Assembly (NCBI GenBank): GCA_016187335.1
Contig: JACPJW010000001.1
Coordinates: 832,001-896,000 of the forward strand
From: Candidatus Aenigmatarchaeota archaeon
Lineage (GTDB): Archaea; Aenigmatarchaeota; Aenigmatarchaeia; GW2011-AR5
Direction of reading: 5' to 3'
DNA: 64,000 nucleotides
The notes under the pieces are model-generated. The model saw only the letters and a list, made by a program, of their open reading frames with translations. It ran no database searches and was not told the DNA's origin. Every line of letters begins with the position of its first letter. Positions within the stretch are counted from its first letter, which is position 1. Shown piece by piece: positions 28,010 through 37,217 of the stretch. The position numbers and the translations under genes were made by a program.

Positions 28010-28465
28010 ATGCTCGCGAAAGCGACGGTTTCGCCGGGAGTTCACAGAGGATCAGGCCTCATAAAGAAATATGCGCCACGCCTCAGGAGTATCATAGGGT
28101 TCAAGCCTTTCCCGGGAACCATGAACCTGAAAATAGAAAGAAAGATCAGCTTCAGGCTGTACGCCACGCAGACAATCGGTCATCTCCTTCTGAGCGGCCA
28201 CAGCTACGTGGAGGCATACCTTGCGCCCGCGCGGCTGCATATCCGCGGAGAAAGCTACGACTGCTGGGGTTTCTGGCCTTTCGTGCAGGACAGGACAACG
28301 CAGCGGAACGAAGTGGAAATAATAGCCCGTGACAATCTTCACGAAAAATTCAAGCTCGAGGACGGTGACGAAGTTACATTGGAGCTGCTTGAGCACCCCG
28401 GCAGGCCGAAGAAGGATGGCATCCTGAAAGGGCTTTTCAGGAACGAGACGAGAATTTCAAGGTAA
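28010..28465 (+). CDS. CTP-dependent riboflavin kinase-like protein
   Basis: GFKPFPGTMNL, EVEIIA..L..KFKLEDGDEV. Confidence 0.8.
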   Translation: MLAKATVSPGVHRGSGLIKKYAPRLRSIIGFKPFPGTMNLKIERKISFRLYATQTIGHLLLSGHSYVEAYLAPARLHIRGESYDCWGFWPFVQDRTTQRNEVEIIARDNLHEKFKLEDGDEVTLELLEHPGRPKKDGILKGLFRNETRISR

Positions 28466-28572
28466 AAATCAAAACGGAATGTAATTTACCATTCATTTCC
28501 TGGCATAAACTTTGCTTTCTTCTTTTGAATTTTTCAGACTTAAAAAACTGACTGTTCATTATCTTTCTGAAC

Positions 28573-29226
28573 ATGTTCCTGAAAACGTCTGTGAGGGGGG
28601 ACCCCAACATAGGGCTGTACGGCTTTGCAACCGACAAGTACGCTTTTTTCGGTGCAAATCCGGAAAAGAAGGTAAAGGAAATTTTAGGCGTGAAAATCGT
28701 GACCTCGACGACAATGCACACGGATTTCGCCGGGATGTTCGCTGCAGGAAATTCTTCGGGCATTGTCGTGCCTGGAATCCTTGAAGAATACGAGCTGCCC
28801 CGTCTTCGCAGGCATTTCAGGGATGTACTTGTCCTTGAAACAAATTACACGGCACTGGGAAACCTGATTCTCATGAACGACGCCGGCATTGTCCTCTCCC
28901 CGCTGCTGAGGAAGCACAAAGCCGCTGTAGAAAGGTTTTTCGGCCTGAACGCCGAGACAGCAACAATAGCGGGAATAAATCTTGTCGGTTCCGTGGCGAT
29001 AGCAACAAACAAAGGATGCCTTGCCCACCCGAAAATAAGGGAAAAGGAAGCCGCCATTGTCGAGAAAACGCTTGGTGTCCAGCTGAATGTCGGCACGGTG
29101 AATTTCGGCTCGCGCTTCGTGAAGGCGGGCGTCATTGCGAACAGTTCAGGCTTCCTTGCTTCCAAGAGCACCTCCGGCTCCGAGCTCGGCAGGATAAACG
29201 AGGCGCTGGGCTTTCTGAAAGCTTAA
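28573..29226 (+). CDS. eif6: Translation initiation factor 6
   Basis: GDPNIGLY, GTVNFGS, GSELGRINEAL. Confidence 0.96.
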   Translation: MFLKTSVRGDPNIGLYGFATDKYAFFGANPEKKVKEILGVKIVTSTTMHTDFAGMFAAGNSSGIVVPGILEEYELPRLRRHFRDVLVLETNYTALGNLILMNDAGIVLSPLLRKHKAAVERFFGLNAETATIAGINLVGSVAIATNKGCLAHPKIREKEAAIVEKTLGVQLNVGTVNFGSRFVKAGVIANSSGFLASKSTSGSELGRINEALGFLKA

Positions 29227-29251
29227 ATAAACTGGAGTTATTTTTCTGATA

Positions 29252-29728
29252 ATGGGAATGGCAAATTATATGAGAGTAACTCCACCGGCAAGTCCGGTAA
29301 TTATAAGAACAATTTTACAAGTTCTTCCAGAGCCTTCTTCAGTAGAAGTTCATTTATCAGGTAATTTAGATTATTCCTCTATTTCAAAACAGGTTGGGGA
29401 AATACTTCCAGGTGTAGAAATTTACAAGGGTCATGATTTTTATTTAAAGGATCCTGAAAAAGAAACTATTTTTGACATTTTCTTGCCATCCAGCGGGAGT
29501 GCTAACGCTGAACGTCATAGTGTAAGAGGAATCCAATTAATAAAAGCTACTTGGTACATACCAGACCTAATGGCTTATGATCTTAGACATCCTAGCAGTG
29601 CCCATATAGAGCTGACGCCTTATGAACTCAGCATAAGTTACAACAGCCCAATGCCCGACTACGTTTCCAAACTCGTACAAAAGATTAGGAGAGGAAAAGT
29701 TGCACTTAAATTTGAACTTAGTTCTTAA
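29252..29728 (+). CDS. AT-rich hypothetical protein
   Basis: 158-aa ORF. Confidence 0.6.
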   Translation: MGMANYMRVTPPASPVIIRTILQVLPEPSSVEVHLSGNLDYSSISKQVGEILPGVEIYKGHDFYLKDPEKETIFDIFLPSSGSANAERHSVRGIQLIKATWYIPDLMAYDLRHPSSAHIELTPYELSISYNSPMPDYVSKLVQKIRRGKVALKFELSS

Positions 29729-29737
29729 TTATCAAGA

Positions 29738-30013
29738 TTAAACTCTGAAAATCCTTTCAATGATTTCTTTCTTTCCTTTGTGCTTGTAATAAAAGCCAAG
29801 CGCCGCCCGGTAAAGCCTGTAATTCCCGTAGGGCATTATTTCCCATGAAAAGGTCTGGAATTTCTTGTGCCACAGAAGCCTGAAAATCAGGTAGTCTTTT
29901 TTTGATTTCCCGAACTTCTCGGCTTCCTCGACCTTTTCAAACATCCTTGAGTGAATCCTTCTTGTGTTCCTGGTTACCCAGACGACCTTTATGGTTCCTT
30001 TTTCTATTGCCAT
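29738..30013 (-). CDS. Hypothetical basic protein
   Basis: 91 aa from ATG 30013. Confidence 0.6.
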   Translation of the reverse strand: MAIEKGTIKVVWVTRNTRRIHSRMFEKVEEAEKFGKSKKDYLIFRLLWHKKFQTFSWEIMPYGNYRLYRAALGFYYKHKGKKEIIERIFRV

Positions 30014-30087
30014 ACTATCCTCGTGCATTATCTAACTGTAATATCTTAAAAAGAAAGAGGGTCAAGGGAGAAAGGCTTTTCTCCTTG

Positions 30088-30405
30088 TTACCAGTGGCTG
30101 ACTTTCTTGGACGATGACTTCATCTCAATGTCTTCCTCGACGTACCACAGCTCCTTGTGACGGTAAAGGAAAAAGCTTCCTACCATCAGGGAAGTTCCCG
30201 ACACTACAAGGACCATTCCTTCCAGCGAGAACAGGGGGATGTTGTAAAGGTAGGAGAAAACGATGAAATGCGCGTCAAAAAGGTAAATTCCTGTGGACAT
30301 GAAAATCCATATGTATTTGTATTTGTTGGAAAGCTGCGCGACGTACGAAAGGACAAAGGCCGATATAAGGTATTCAATAAAGGCCACTATAATCGCTGTT
30401 GCCAT
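30088..30405 (-). CDS. Hypothetical membrane protein (3 TM)
   Basis: Hydrophobic segments, charged tail. Confidence 0.6.
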   Translation of the reverse strand: MATAIIVAFIEYLISAFVLSYVAQLSNKYKYIWIFMSTGIYLFDAHFIVFSYLYNIPLFSLEGMVLVVSGTSLMVGSFFLYRHKELWYVEEDIEMKSSSKKVSHW

Positions 30406-30507
30406 TCTTACATCTTCCCGCTACAAAGACTATTTTCTCGGCCCTTATTTAAAGATTTATAAAAACTTTTACAGCAAAGCCGGAAATGCAGCATTCCGTC
30501 CGCTGAG

Positions 30508-30954
30508 GTGGATATCATGCCCAACGAAAAAGAGATACAGAAAAAATACATCCAGGCCCAGCTGCTCAAGCAGCAGATAAACGCCATGATAGAGCAGAAA
30601 AGCGCTATAGATGAAAAGCTCGGCGAAATGGCCGTTTCCCTGGACGCCATAAGCAAGCTGGAAGAAATAAGGAAAGGCGAGGAGATATGGTCTTCCGTGG
30701 GCGGCGGCGTGTTCGTGAGGAGCGACATAAAGGACACTGAAAGCATCCTTGTGAGCGTCGGTGCCGGGGTTGTTGCCAAAAAATCGCGGCAAAGGGCCTC
30801 GGAAATCCTGAAAGAAAGGATGGTCGAGCTGAAAAAGGCGGATTTGCAGATAATGGAAGAAGTGACCAGCTATGCGCACCAGATCGAGGAGCTGGAAGGG
30901 GAAATGGAATCCATGATGGAAGAGCAAGAAGGGAAAAAAAGCAGGAAGAAATGA
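30508..30954 (+). CDS. pfdA: Prefoldin subunit alpha
   Basis: Coiled coil plus SSVGGGVFV and LVSVGAGVVAKK hairpins; upstream of ftsY. Confidence 0.93.
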   Translation: MDIMPNEKEIQKKYIQAQLLKQQINAMIEQKSAIDEKLGEMAVSLDAISKLEEIRKGEEIWSSVGGGVFVRSDIKDTESILVSVGAGVVAKKSRQRASEILKERMVELKKADLQIMEEVTSYAHQIEELEGEMESMMEEQEGKKSRKK

Positions 30955-31027
30955 GGCGCCTTTGATTCTTGGCATTGAAACGTCGTTCTCGGATTTCTTT
31001 TATAAACATTCTCCTGATACTTAATTA

Positions 31028-31050
31028 AAATAAAATGGTCTGGACAGAAT
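31028..31050 (+). repeat. 23-bp dispersed repeat, copy 1
   Basis: AAATAAAATGGTCTGGACAGAAT, 22/23 identical to 42098-42120. Confidence 0.55.
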
Positions 31051-31078
31051 TGCTTTGCAATTCTGGGTAGTGATACTT

Positions 31079-32344
31079 ATGTTCGGCGCTTTGAAGAAAA
31101 AACTGCAGGAAGCAATAAGCAGGATTACGGGCAAGGAAAAGCCGGCTGAAGAGGAAAAGCCAAAGCCACAAGAAACGACGGTGGAACCGAAACAGCCTGA
31201 AGTTCCTTCGAAACTTCCTTCTGCCCAAGATCTTCTTGAAGAGAAAACAGAAGGGAGAGAAGAGAAACCAGGGCAGCCGGAAGAAATCAAAAAGGAAGAG
31301 GCGAAGCCTTTTGTCTTGGAAAAAGAAGAAAAGCCGCTGATAAAAGAAGTTGACGAAATTCTTGAAGAAGAGAAGCTTCCTGTTACGGAAAAAGAGGAAA
31401 AAGAACGGCTGGGCAGGAGAGAAGAGCTGAAACCGGAGCCTGTTCTGGAAGAAGAAAAGCCCGGATTTTTTTCCGGTCTGCTGAGGAAAGTCACGAAGAA
31501 GGTAACGGAAAAAACGCTTGGCGGCGAGGAAATTGACAAGTTCCTGAAAGATTTGCAGTTAGCGCTGCTTGAAAACGACGTTTCAATGGAAACAGCAGAA
31601 CGGATATGCGAAGAAGTGAAGCAGCAGCTGAGCGGCAAAAGCGTGAGGCGCGGCGATGTTGAAAAGGAAATAAAGTCAGCGTTGCGCAGCGCCATGCTCG
31701 ACGTGATGCAACAGCCTGAACTGGATTTGGAAAAAATGATAGAAGAAAAAGGCGGCAGCCCGCTGCTTGTGGTGTTCTTCGGCTTCAACGGCACCGGAAA
31801 AACTACAAGCATAGCAAAGCTTGCGCACAGGCTGAAGCAGTACAGGCCCGTGATTGCCGCAGGCGATACGTTCCGCGCGGCGAGCATCGAGCAGCTGGAG
31901 GAGCACGGCCGCAGGCTTGGCGTTGATGTTGTAAAGCACAAATACGGCGCTGACAGCGCTGCGGTGATTTTTGACGCCGTGAAGCATGCATCAGCAGTTG
32001 GCGGCAAAATAGTGCTGGCGGATACAGCCGGCCGCAGCCACAGCAACGTGAATTTGATGGACGAGCTGAAAAAAATAGTGCGGGTGAACAAGCCTGACCT
32101 GAAGGTCCTGATACTGGATTCCATAACCGGCAACGACATCTACGACCAGTCGGTGCTTTTTGAAAAAGCCGCGGGCGTTGACGCAATAATACTGACAAAA
32201 GCCGACGTCTACGAGAAAGGCGGGGCGGCGCTTTCAGCTACTCATACGCTGAAAAAGCCCGTGCTGTTCCTTGGCGTAGGGCAGGAATACGGTGATTTGA
32301 AGGAGTTCGAGCCCGAGGAGATCGTAAGGAATCTGCTGGAGTAG
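31079..32344 (+). CDS. ftsY: SRP receptor FtsY with acidic N-terminal region
   Basis: GFNGTGKTT, GDTFRAASIEQL, DTAGR, TKAD. Confidence 0.97.
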   Translation: MFGALKKKLQEAISRITGKEKPAEEEKPKPQETTVEPKQPEVPSKLPSAQDLLEEKTEGREEKPGQPEEIKKEEAKPFVLEKEEKPLIKEVDEILEEEKLPVTEKEEKERLGRREELKPEPVLEEEKPGFFSGLLRKVTKKVTEKTLGGEEIDKFLKDLQLALLENDVSMETAERICEEVKQQLSGKSVRRGDVEKEIKSALRSAMLDVMQQPELDLEKMIEEKGGSPLLVVFFGFNGTGKTTSIAKLAHRLKQYRPVIAAGDTFRAASIEQLEEHGRRLGVDVVKHKYGADSAAVIFDAVKHASAVGGKIVLADTAGRSHSNVNLMDELKKIVRVNKPDLKVLILDSITGNDIYDQSVLFEKAAGVDAIILTKADVYEKGGAALSATHTLKKPVLFLGVGQEYGDLKEFEPEEIVRNLLE

Positions 32345-32754
32345 AAATCGAAATGGAAATTTTTGAGTTCTAAACCAAATAACTTATAAACTGGTTAGTC
32401 GATTCTCGAAATCAGAGGGTCAGTTCTACCGATACAAACAATATCTGATTCACCAGCACCTACATATGATGATTTTCCTAACCGCCACTTGAAATTTTTT
32501 ACTGTATTTAGATTCACTTCAAAATCTGTGTTTCTAGGTCCTAGTCTTTTAATGTACAATTCCGATGTACCAAAGGGGTTTCTGTCCTTATTGCAGGGAA
32601 AGTATGAAAGAACCTTTTTCTGGGACGATCCGCTTGATCCTTAGTCATTTTGATGCACCTATGCAATTCTCTTTATTTGCTAATAAAATCCAACTTCTGG
32701 CCTCTCATGCACGCTTATCTTGAAAGAATATCGTGTGTTTTGATCGCTTCGCGT

Positions 32755-32901
32755 CTAGTTCCCGTTGTTCTCGCCCACGAGCTTGCGGACAGCGTCCCTG
32801 ACAGCTTCGCTGCGGTTCGGGTAGACGCCTTTCTTGACAAGAACGTCTATGTTCTTTATCTGCTTCTCCGTGAGCCTTATCTGGATTGTTTCCATGACCA
32901 T
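32755..32901 (-). CDS. Ribbon-helix-helix (CopG/Arc/MetJ) protein
   Basis: MVMETIQIRLTEKQIKNIDVLVKKGVYPNRSEAVRDAVRKL; GAGGTGA RBS; not in ORF track. Confidence 0.85.
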   Translation of the reverse strand: MVMETIQIRLTEKQIKNIDVLVKKGVYPNRSEAVRDAVRKLVGENNGN

Positions 32902-32913
32902 GATGATTTCACC

Positions 32914-33228
32914 TCATTTCAATTGAAGAGTTTTTGTCGTATCTTTACCAACATAAAAATCCGGTATTGAAGCCTCATTTTGCGGTTCTCCGTCTGGAAT
33001 ACCAAAAACGCGATAATACCCTTCTTTAACTTTAGTTGTGACAAAGGGATCTTCGTCAAAAGCGTCCACTTCTAATGGAAGGCCGACACGGACACCATTT
33101 ATCGTCATTATGCTAACTTTAACCGGATATCTGCCTTCACGGCTTCCTCTTCTTGCAATTACATTTTCAGGGTCCAATCTTATTCTCAGATTGTATTTCG
33201 GCATTTCACCCATCAGACCACCTTCCAA
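32914..33228 (-). CDS. AT-rich hypothetical protein
   Basis: ~100-aa ORF, start uncertain. Confidence 0.55.
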   Translation of the reverse strand: MEGGLMGEMPKYNLRIRLDPENVIARRGSREGRYPVKVSIMTINGVRVGLPLEVDAFDEDPFVTTKVKEGYYRVFGIPDGEPQNEASIPDFYVGKDTTKTLQLK

Positions 33229-33390
33229 ATGTGCGTGTAATGCATTACCTTCATAATGTAATTACTTTACAATAGTGATTATAGTAATCTTTAAATACCT
33301 TACTACGGGGCGGTGACTATAAGCAGGAAACTGCTGCTTTACAATGAATTTGTTTCCGAGGATTTAATCTTTTTGCTTCATCTTGTTGTT

Positions 33391-34695
33391 ATGCTTTCAG
33401 GATTGTCGCAGAAGCTCAGGGACGCCATAGACAGGTTCTCCAGGGGCGGCGCGAACAGGGAGGAAGTGGATGAGCTGGTGAGGGAAATCCAGCGCTCCCT
33501 GATATCCGCGGACGTTGATGTCCAGCTTGTCCTGCAGCTGAGCGAGTCCATAAAGAAGCAGTCCTTTGAAAAGATGCCCGCAGGCCTGACAAGAAGGGAG
33601 CATGTTGTCCGCGTTGTCTACGAGGAACTGGCGGAAATAATGGGCAGAGAGAAGTCGGCTATCGCCCTAAAACCGAAAAAAATACTGCTTGCGGGGCTTT
33701 ACGGCAGCGGAAAGACGACTACAGCCGCAAAGCTCGCGCGCTTTTACCAGAAAAAAGGGCTGAAAACAGCGCTGATATGCTGCGATACGGTAAGGCCCGC
33801 GGCTTATGAGCAGCTGAAGCAGCTGGCGGAAAAAATAGACGCGGAATTCTACGGCGAGAAGGGCGAGAAGGATTCTGCTGCTGTTTTAAGAAACGCGCTG
33901 AAAAAAGTCCGCGGCGACGTGATCATTGTAGACTCATCAGGAAGAAACGCCCTTGACGGTTCTTTGATAGAAGAGATAAAGGAAATTGATTCTTTGCTTA
34001 ATCCCGACGAGCGCATTTTAGTGATACCAGCCGACATCGGCCAGGCGGCTAATGAGCAGGCGACGGCGTTTTCTAATGCCCTTCACATCACGGACGTCAT
34101 TGTCACAAAACTGGACGCGACGGCGAAAGGCGGCGGAGCGCTTACGGCTTGTTATCAGACGAGGGCGAAAGTGATTTTTGTCACCGTAGGCGAGACGCCT
34201 GAGGACCTTGAGCAGTACGACCCGAAAAAATTCGTCGCGCGGCTGCTGGGTTTCCCGGATTTAGAGGCGCTGCTGGAAAAAGCCAAGACCGCAGTTGATG
34301 AAGAAAAGGCGAAAAAAGTTGTCAGCGGGGATTTTACAATAGAGGAATTCTACGAGCAGATAGAGTCTGTGCAAAAAATGGGCCCGCTGTCGCAGATAAT
34401 GGACATGATGGGCCTCGGCAAGATGAGCGGAAAGGTTCCGGGCGGCGTTGATGTCCACGAGGCGAAGATGAAGAAATGGGGGCACATCATAAAAAGCATG
34501 ACAAGAGAGGAGAAATCCAGCCCGGACATCATCAATCCTTCGCGCGTGAGCAGGATAGCCAGGGGCAGCGGAACAAGCGAATCAGAAGTCCGCGAGCTGC
34601 TGTCAAACTACGGAAAAATAAAGAAGATGATGAAGAAGATGTCGCCATCAAAATTAAAAAGAAGCGGGCTGTTCAGGAAGTTCGGGCTGAGATAG
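33391..34695 (+). CDS. srp54: Signal recognition particle protein SRP54
   Basis: GLYGSGKTTT, DSSGR, TKLD, Met-rich M domain with SRVSRIARGSG. Confidence 0.97.
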   Translation: MLSGLSQKLRDAIDRFSRGGANREEVDELVREIQRSLISADVDVQLVLQLSESIKKQSFEKMPAGLTRREHVVRVVYEELAEIMGREKSAIALKPKKILLAGLYGSGKTTTAAKLARFYQKKGLKTALICCDTVRPAAYEQLKQLAEKIDAEFYGEKGEKDSAAVLRNALKKVRGDVIIVDSSGRNALDGSLIEEIKEIDSLLNPDERILVIPADIGQAANEQATAFSNALHITDVIVTKLDATAKGGGALTACYQTRAKVIFVTVGETPEDLEQYDPKKFVARLLGFPDLEALLEKAKTAVDEEKAKKVVSGDFTIEEFYEQIESVQKMGPLSQIMDMMGLGKMSGKVPGGVDVHEAKMKKWGHIIKSMTREEKSSPDIINPSRVSRIARGSGTSESEVRELLSNYGKIKKMMKKMSPSKLKRSGLFRKFGLR

Positions 34696-34716
34696 CAATT
34701 CTGGAGTTTTTCATTA

Positions 34717-35364
34717 TCAGGATTGCGGCGAATAAGGCAGGAAAAGCACGGTTTCTCTCAGCGAAAACATTTTCGGATAATAATCGCTTCTGCCTTGCCT
34801 GTCCACGAGAACTCCTCTTATCCCTGCTTTTCCGGCGCCTTCAATGTCGTCGGCAATCCTGTCGCCGACCATCACCGCTTGTTCAGCAGTAACTCCTAAT
34901 CTTTCTAATGCCGTTCTGTAAATCCGCGGGTCCGGTTTCACCAGACCAATGTCGCAGGAAACAATAACGGCGTCAAAGCAATCGTATATGCCAAGGCCTT
35001 TGATCATGCTGTGGGCGCCAGCGTAGCCGTTTGACACTATGCCGAGCTTGTATCTTTTTTCTTTCAATTTATGAAGGACTTCCCTTGTTTCAGGAAACAA
35101 TCTTACCTTTCTTACGTTCTCTTCCCATATTGAGGCAAGCTTCTCCTCAACAGAAGCGTCGCTCACGCCAAACTCCCCGCAGACGTACGCAAAAGCGGCT
35201 TTGAAAGAAGGAAACTGCCTTGTCATCAGTGACGACTGGAATTTCGCCATGAATTCCTCGAAGCTTTTGTCGTAGCCAAGAAGTTCCCGCGCTTTTTGCA
35301 CAGGATTTCCCGCCTCGCTGTAAATAAGCGTGTCCCACAAGTCAAATATGACCGCGCGAATCAT
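34717..35364 (-). CDS. HAD superfamily hydrolase
   Basis: FDLWDTL, IVSNG, KPDPRIY, GDRIADDI. Confidence 0.93.
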   Translation of the reverse strand: MIRAVIFDLWDTLIYSEAGNPVQKARELLGYDKSFEEFMAKFQSSLMTRQFPSFKAAFAYVCGEFGVSDASVEEKLASIWEENVRKVRLFPETREVLHKLKEKRYKLGIVSNGYAGAHSMIKGLGIYDCFDAVIVSCDIGLVKPDPRIYRTALERLGVTAEQAVMVGDRIADDIEGAGKAGIRGVLVDRQGRSDYYPKMFSLRETVLFLPYSPQS

Positions 35365-35437
35365 GTTAACTCACATTTCTGGTTTCAGATTAGCTTAAAA
35401 AGTTATTGTTGTATATCATAAGTTGATAATATTTTCT

Positions 35438-35518
35438 CCGGGAAAGCTGTTGCAGACCGTCATCGGCTGCTTGATCCAGATTCCTGGCGGTCTCGTGGAA
35501 CGCCTGGCGTTCTCTTGG
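35438..35518 (+). ncRNA. Candidate structured RNA upstream of psmA
   Basis: Closing stem CCGGGA/TCTTGG enclosing three hairpins; GC-rich segment in AT-rich intergenic DNA. Confidence 0.3.
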
Positions 35519-35566
35519 CTTTTAGAAAAATGAAAAGAGGTTTTTGATATCGAAGTAACTCCCCCT

Positions 35567-36262
35567 ATGAAGCAGATGGGATATGACCGCGCCATCGTTG
35601 TATTTTCTCCAGAGGGCAGGATGTATCAGGTGGAGTACGCAAGGAAAGCTGTTGAAAAGGCAACAACCATAGTCGGCGTGACGTTTGTCAACGGCGTCGT
35701 GCTCGTGGCAACAAAAAGCCTGCAGAAGCTGCTCGTTCCCGAAAGCGTGGAGAAGATTTCAAAGATAGACGAGCACATAGGCGCAGGCTCTGCGGGCATT
35801 CTTGCTGACGCCCGTGTCCTTGTTGATTACGCGCGCGTGCGCTGCCAGGTCAACAGGATAAGCTTCGGCGAATCCATAGAAATCAACGCGCTTGTAAAGG
35901 ACATTTCCGACAGGAAGCAGAGGTTCACCCAATTAGGCGGCATCAGGCCTTACGGTGTATCGCTGCTTTTGGCAGGAGTGGACGGCGGGCCGCATCTGTA
36001 CGAAACAGACCCTTCCGGCACGATCAGGGAGTGGCGCGCGCATGCCATAGGCAGGGGCGCGAAGGAAGCGAAGAAAGTTCTCATAGAAGAATACAAGGAT
36101 GAAATAAGCAGGGAAGAAGCCCTTGCGCTTGCGCTGAAGGCGCTGAAAACCGGCGAAAAGAAGCTTGCAGCAAAGGCCGTGGAGATAGGAGTTGTCGAGG
36201 ACGGGAAATTCCGCTTGCTGGAGCGCAATGAGGTCCGCGAGGCGCTGAAGGGATTTGTGTGA
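35567..36262 (+). CDS. psmA: Proteasome subunit alpha
   Basis: YDRAIVVFSPEGRMYQVEYA, RPYGVSLL, YETDPSG. Confidence 0.98.
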   Translation: MKQMGYDRAIVVFSPEGRMYQVEYARKAVEKATTIVGVTFVNGVVLVATKSLQKLLVPESVEKISKIDEHIGAGSAGILADARVLVDYARVRCQVNRISFGESIEINALVKDISDRKQRFTQLGGIRPYGVSLLLAGVDGGPHLYETDPSGTIREWRAHAIGRGAKEAKKVLIEEYKDEISREEALALALKALKTGEKKLAAKAVEIGVVEDGKFRLLERNEVREALKGFV

Positions 36263-36264
36263 AG

Positions 36265-37104
36265 TTAATAGACTTTTCTTCTAGCAAGAGCAATGTATTT
36301 TTCAGAAGATTTTAAATTGCCTCCACCGAGGTAAAATTTGTCTCGAGCATCCCAAAGATGATTACTATCGCGATCTCCTAAAAATCTCCTAAAACCATCA
36401 AGAAGTCCATGTTCTTCGACAAATTGTCTCGGTCGCATTCTGTAAAGCGCGTCGCAAAATTCTTCAGCATGAGGAATTTCTAATGCATCAAGTCTTTGCC
36501 TTAACCTGTCAATACGCCTTTCTCTGTCTTTGCCGTCCATCCAATCGAATACTTCCGACCAGTAAGTCAAATCTGGCATGTGTTTGCGATAAAGAAAATG
36601 ATGCATTGCTGTAGAAATTCTTTCAGGTCTTGATAAGTGAGGATTTGAAAATTCTTCGTGGATGGGAAGCGCTTCAAGGAAGGAAGGTAAAATATTGTCA
36701 ATACCTACTATCATGTCAGAAGCTGCGTGCATGTATTCGTGAGTTAAGGCAGGTCTGCCAGATAAATACATTACAATTCCATAAAGACCAATACAAGATG
36801 CCGGAATTATAGAAATTTTCCCTATTGCTGTATAAGATAAAATTCCTAACGCTGTGGAAAGAGCAATACTTCCTGTAATTACACCAACATCATGACCAAA
36901 AATGTAAATGGTTTCAGTCTCGGGATCGTAATGCGTATAATAAGGTTTTCCTGTTTTTGGACCATAGACTGGACTGCCTATAAATTTTAGTTCAATGCCC
37001 GACAAATCAACATCATATTTCGTTTCGATATAACTTCGTGTCTGTTTAATTGCGGATTCGTTTATCATAGTTATTAAGAAGTGGTGACAAATGTTTAAAT
37101 GCAT
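36265..37104 (-). CDS. AT-rich hypothetical membrane protein with HExxH
   Basis: LTHEYMHA after two hydrophobic segments; later E and H residues; start may be ~37068. Confidence 0.65.
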   Translation of the reverse strand: MHLNICHHFLITMINESAIKQTRSYIETKYDVDLSGIELKFIGSPVYGPKTGKPYYTHYDPETETIYIFGHDVGVITGSIALSTALGILSYTAIGKISIIPASCIGLYGIVMYLSGRPALTHEYMHAASDMIVGIDNILPSFLEALPIHEEFSNPHLSRPERISTAMHHFLYRKHMPDLTYWSEVFDWMDGKDRERRIDRLRQRLDALEIPHAEEFCDALYRMRPRQFVEEHGLLDGFRRFLGDRDSNHLWDARDKFYLGGGNLKSSEKYIALARRKVY

Positions 37105-37217
37105 GAGCCCTGAGCTTTCAGGAACGCGTTAATTATGTGAAAATGAATTACGCATTACTCCTGAATTACGTTTTTCGCCATTTCAAATCTTAAAAGTGTT
37201 TTTGTGAATTGTATCTA

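Noticed and set aside
31021-32139. 372-aa minus-strand ORF
   Set aside because: Ser/Phe-rich antisense shadow of Glu/Lys-rich ftsY
32395-32648. Possible frameshifted minus-strand gene downstream of the RHH gene
   Set aside because: A 35-aa ORF and an overlapping startless ~80-codon frame; no motif to link them
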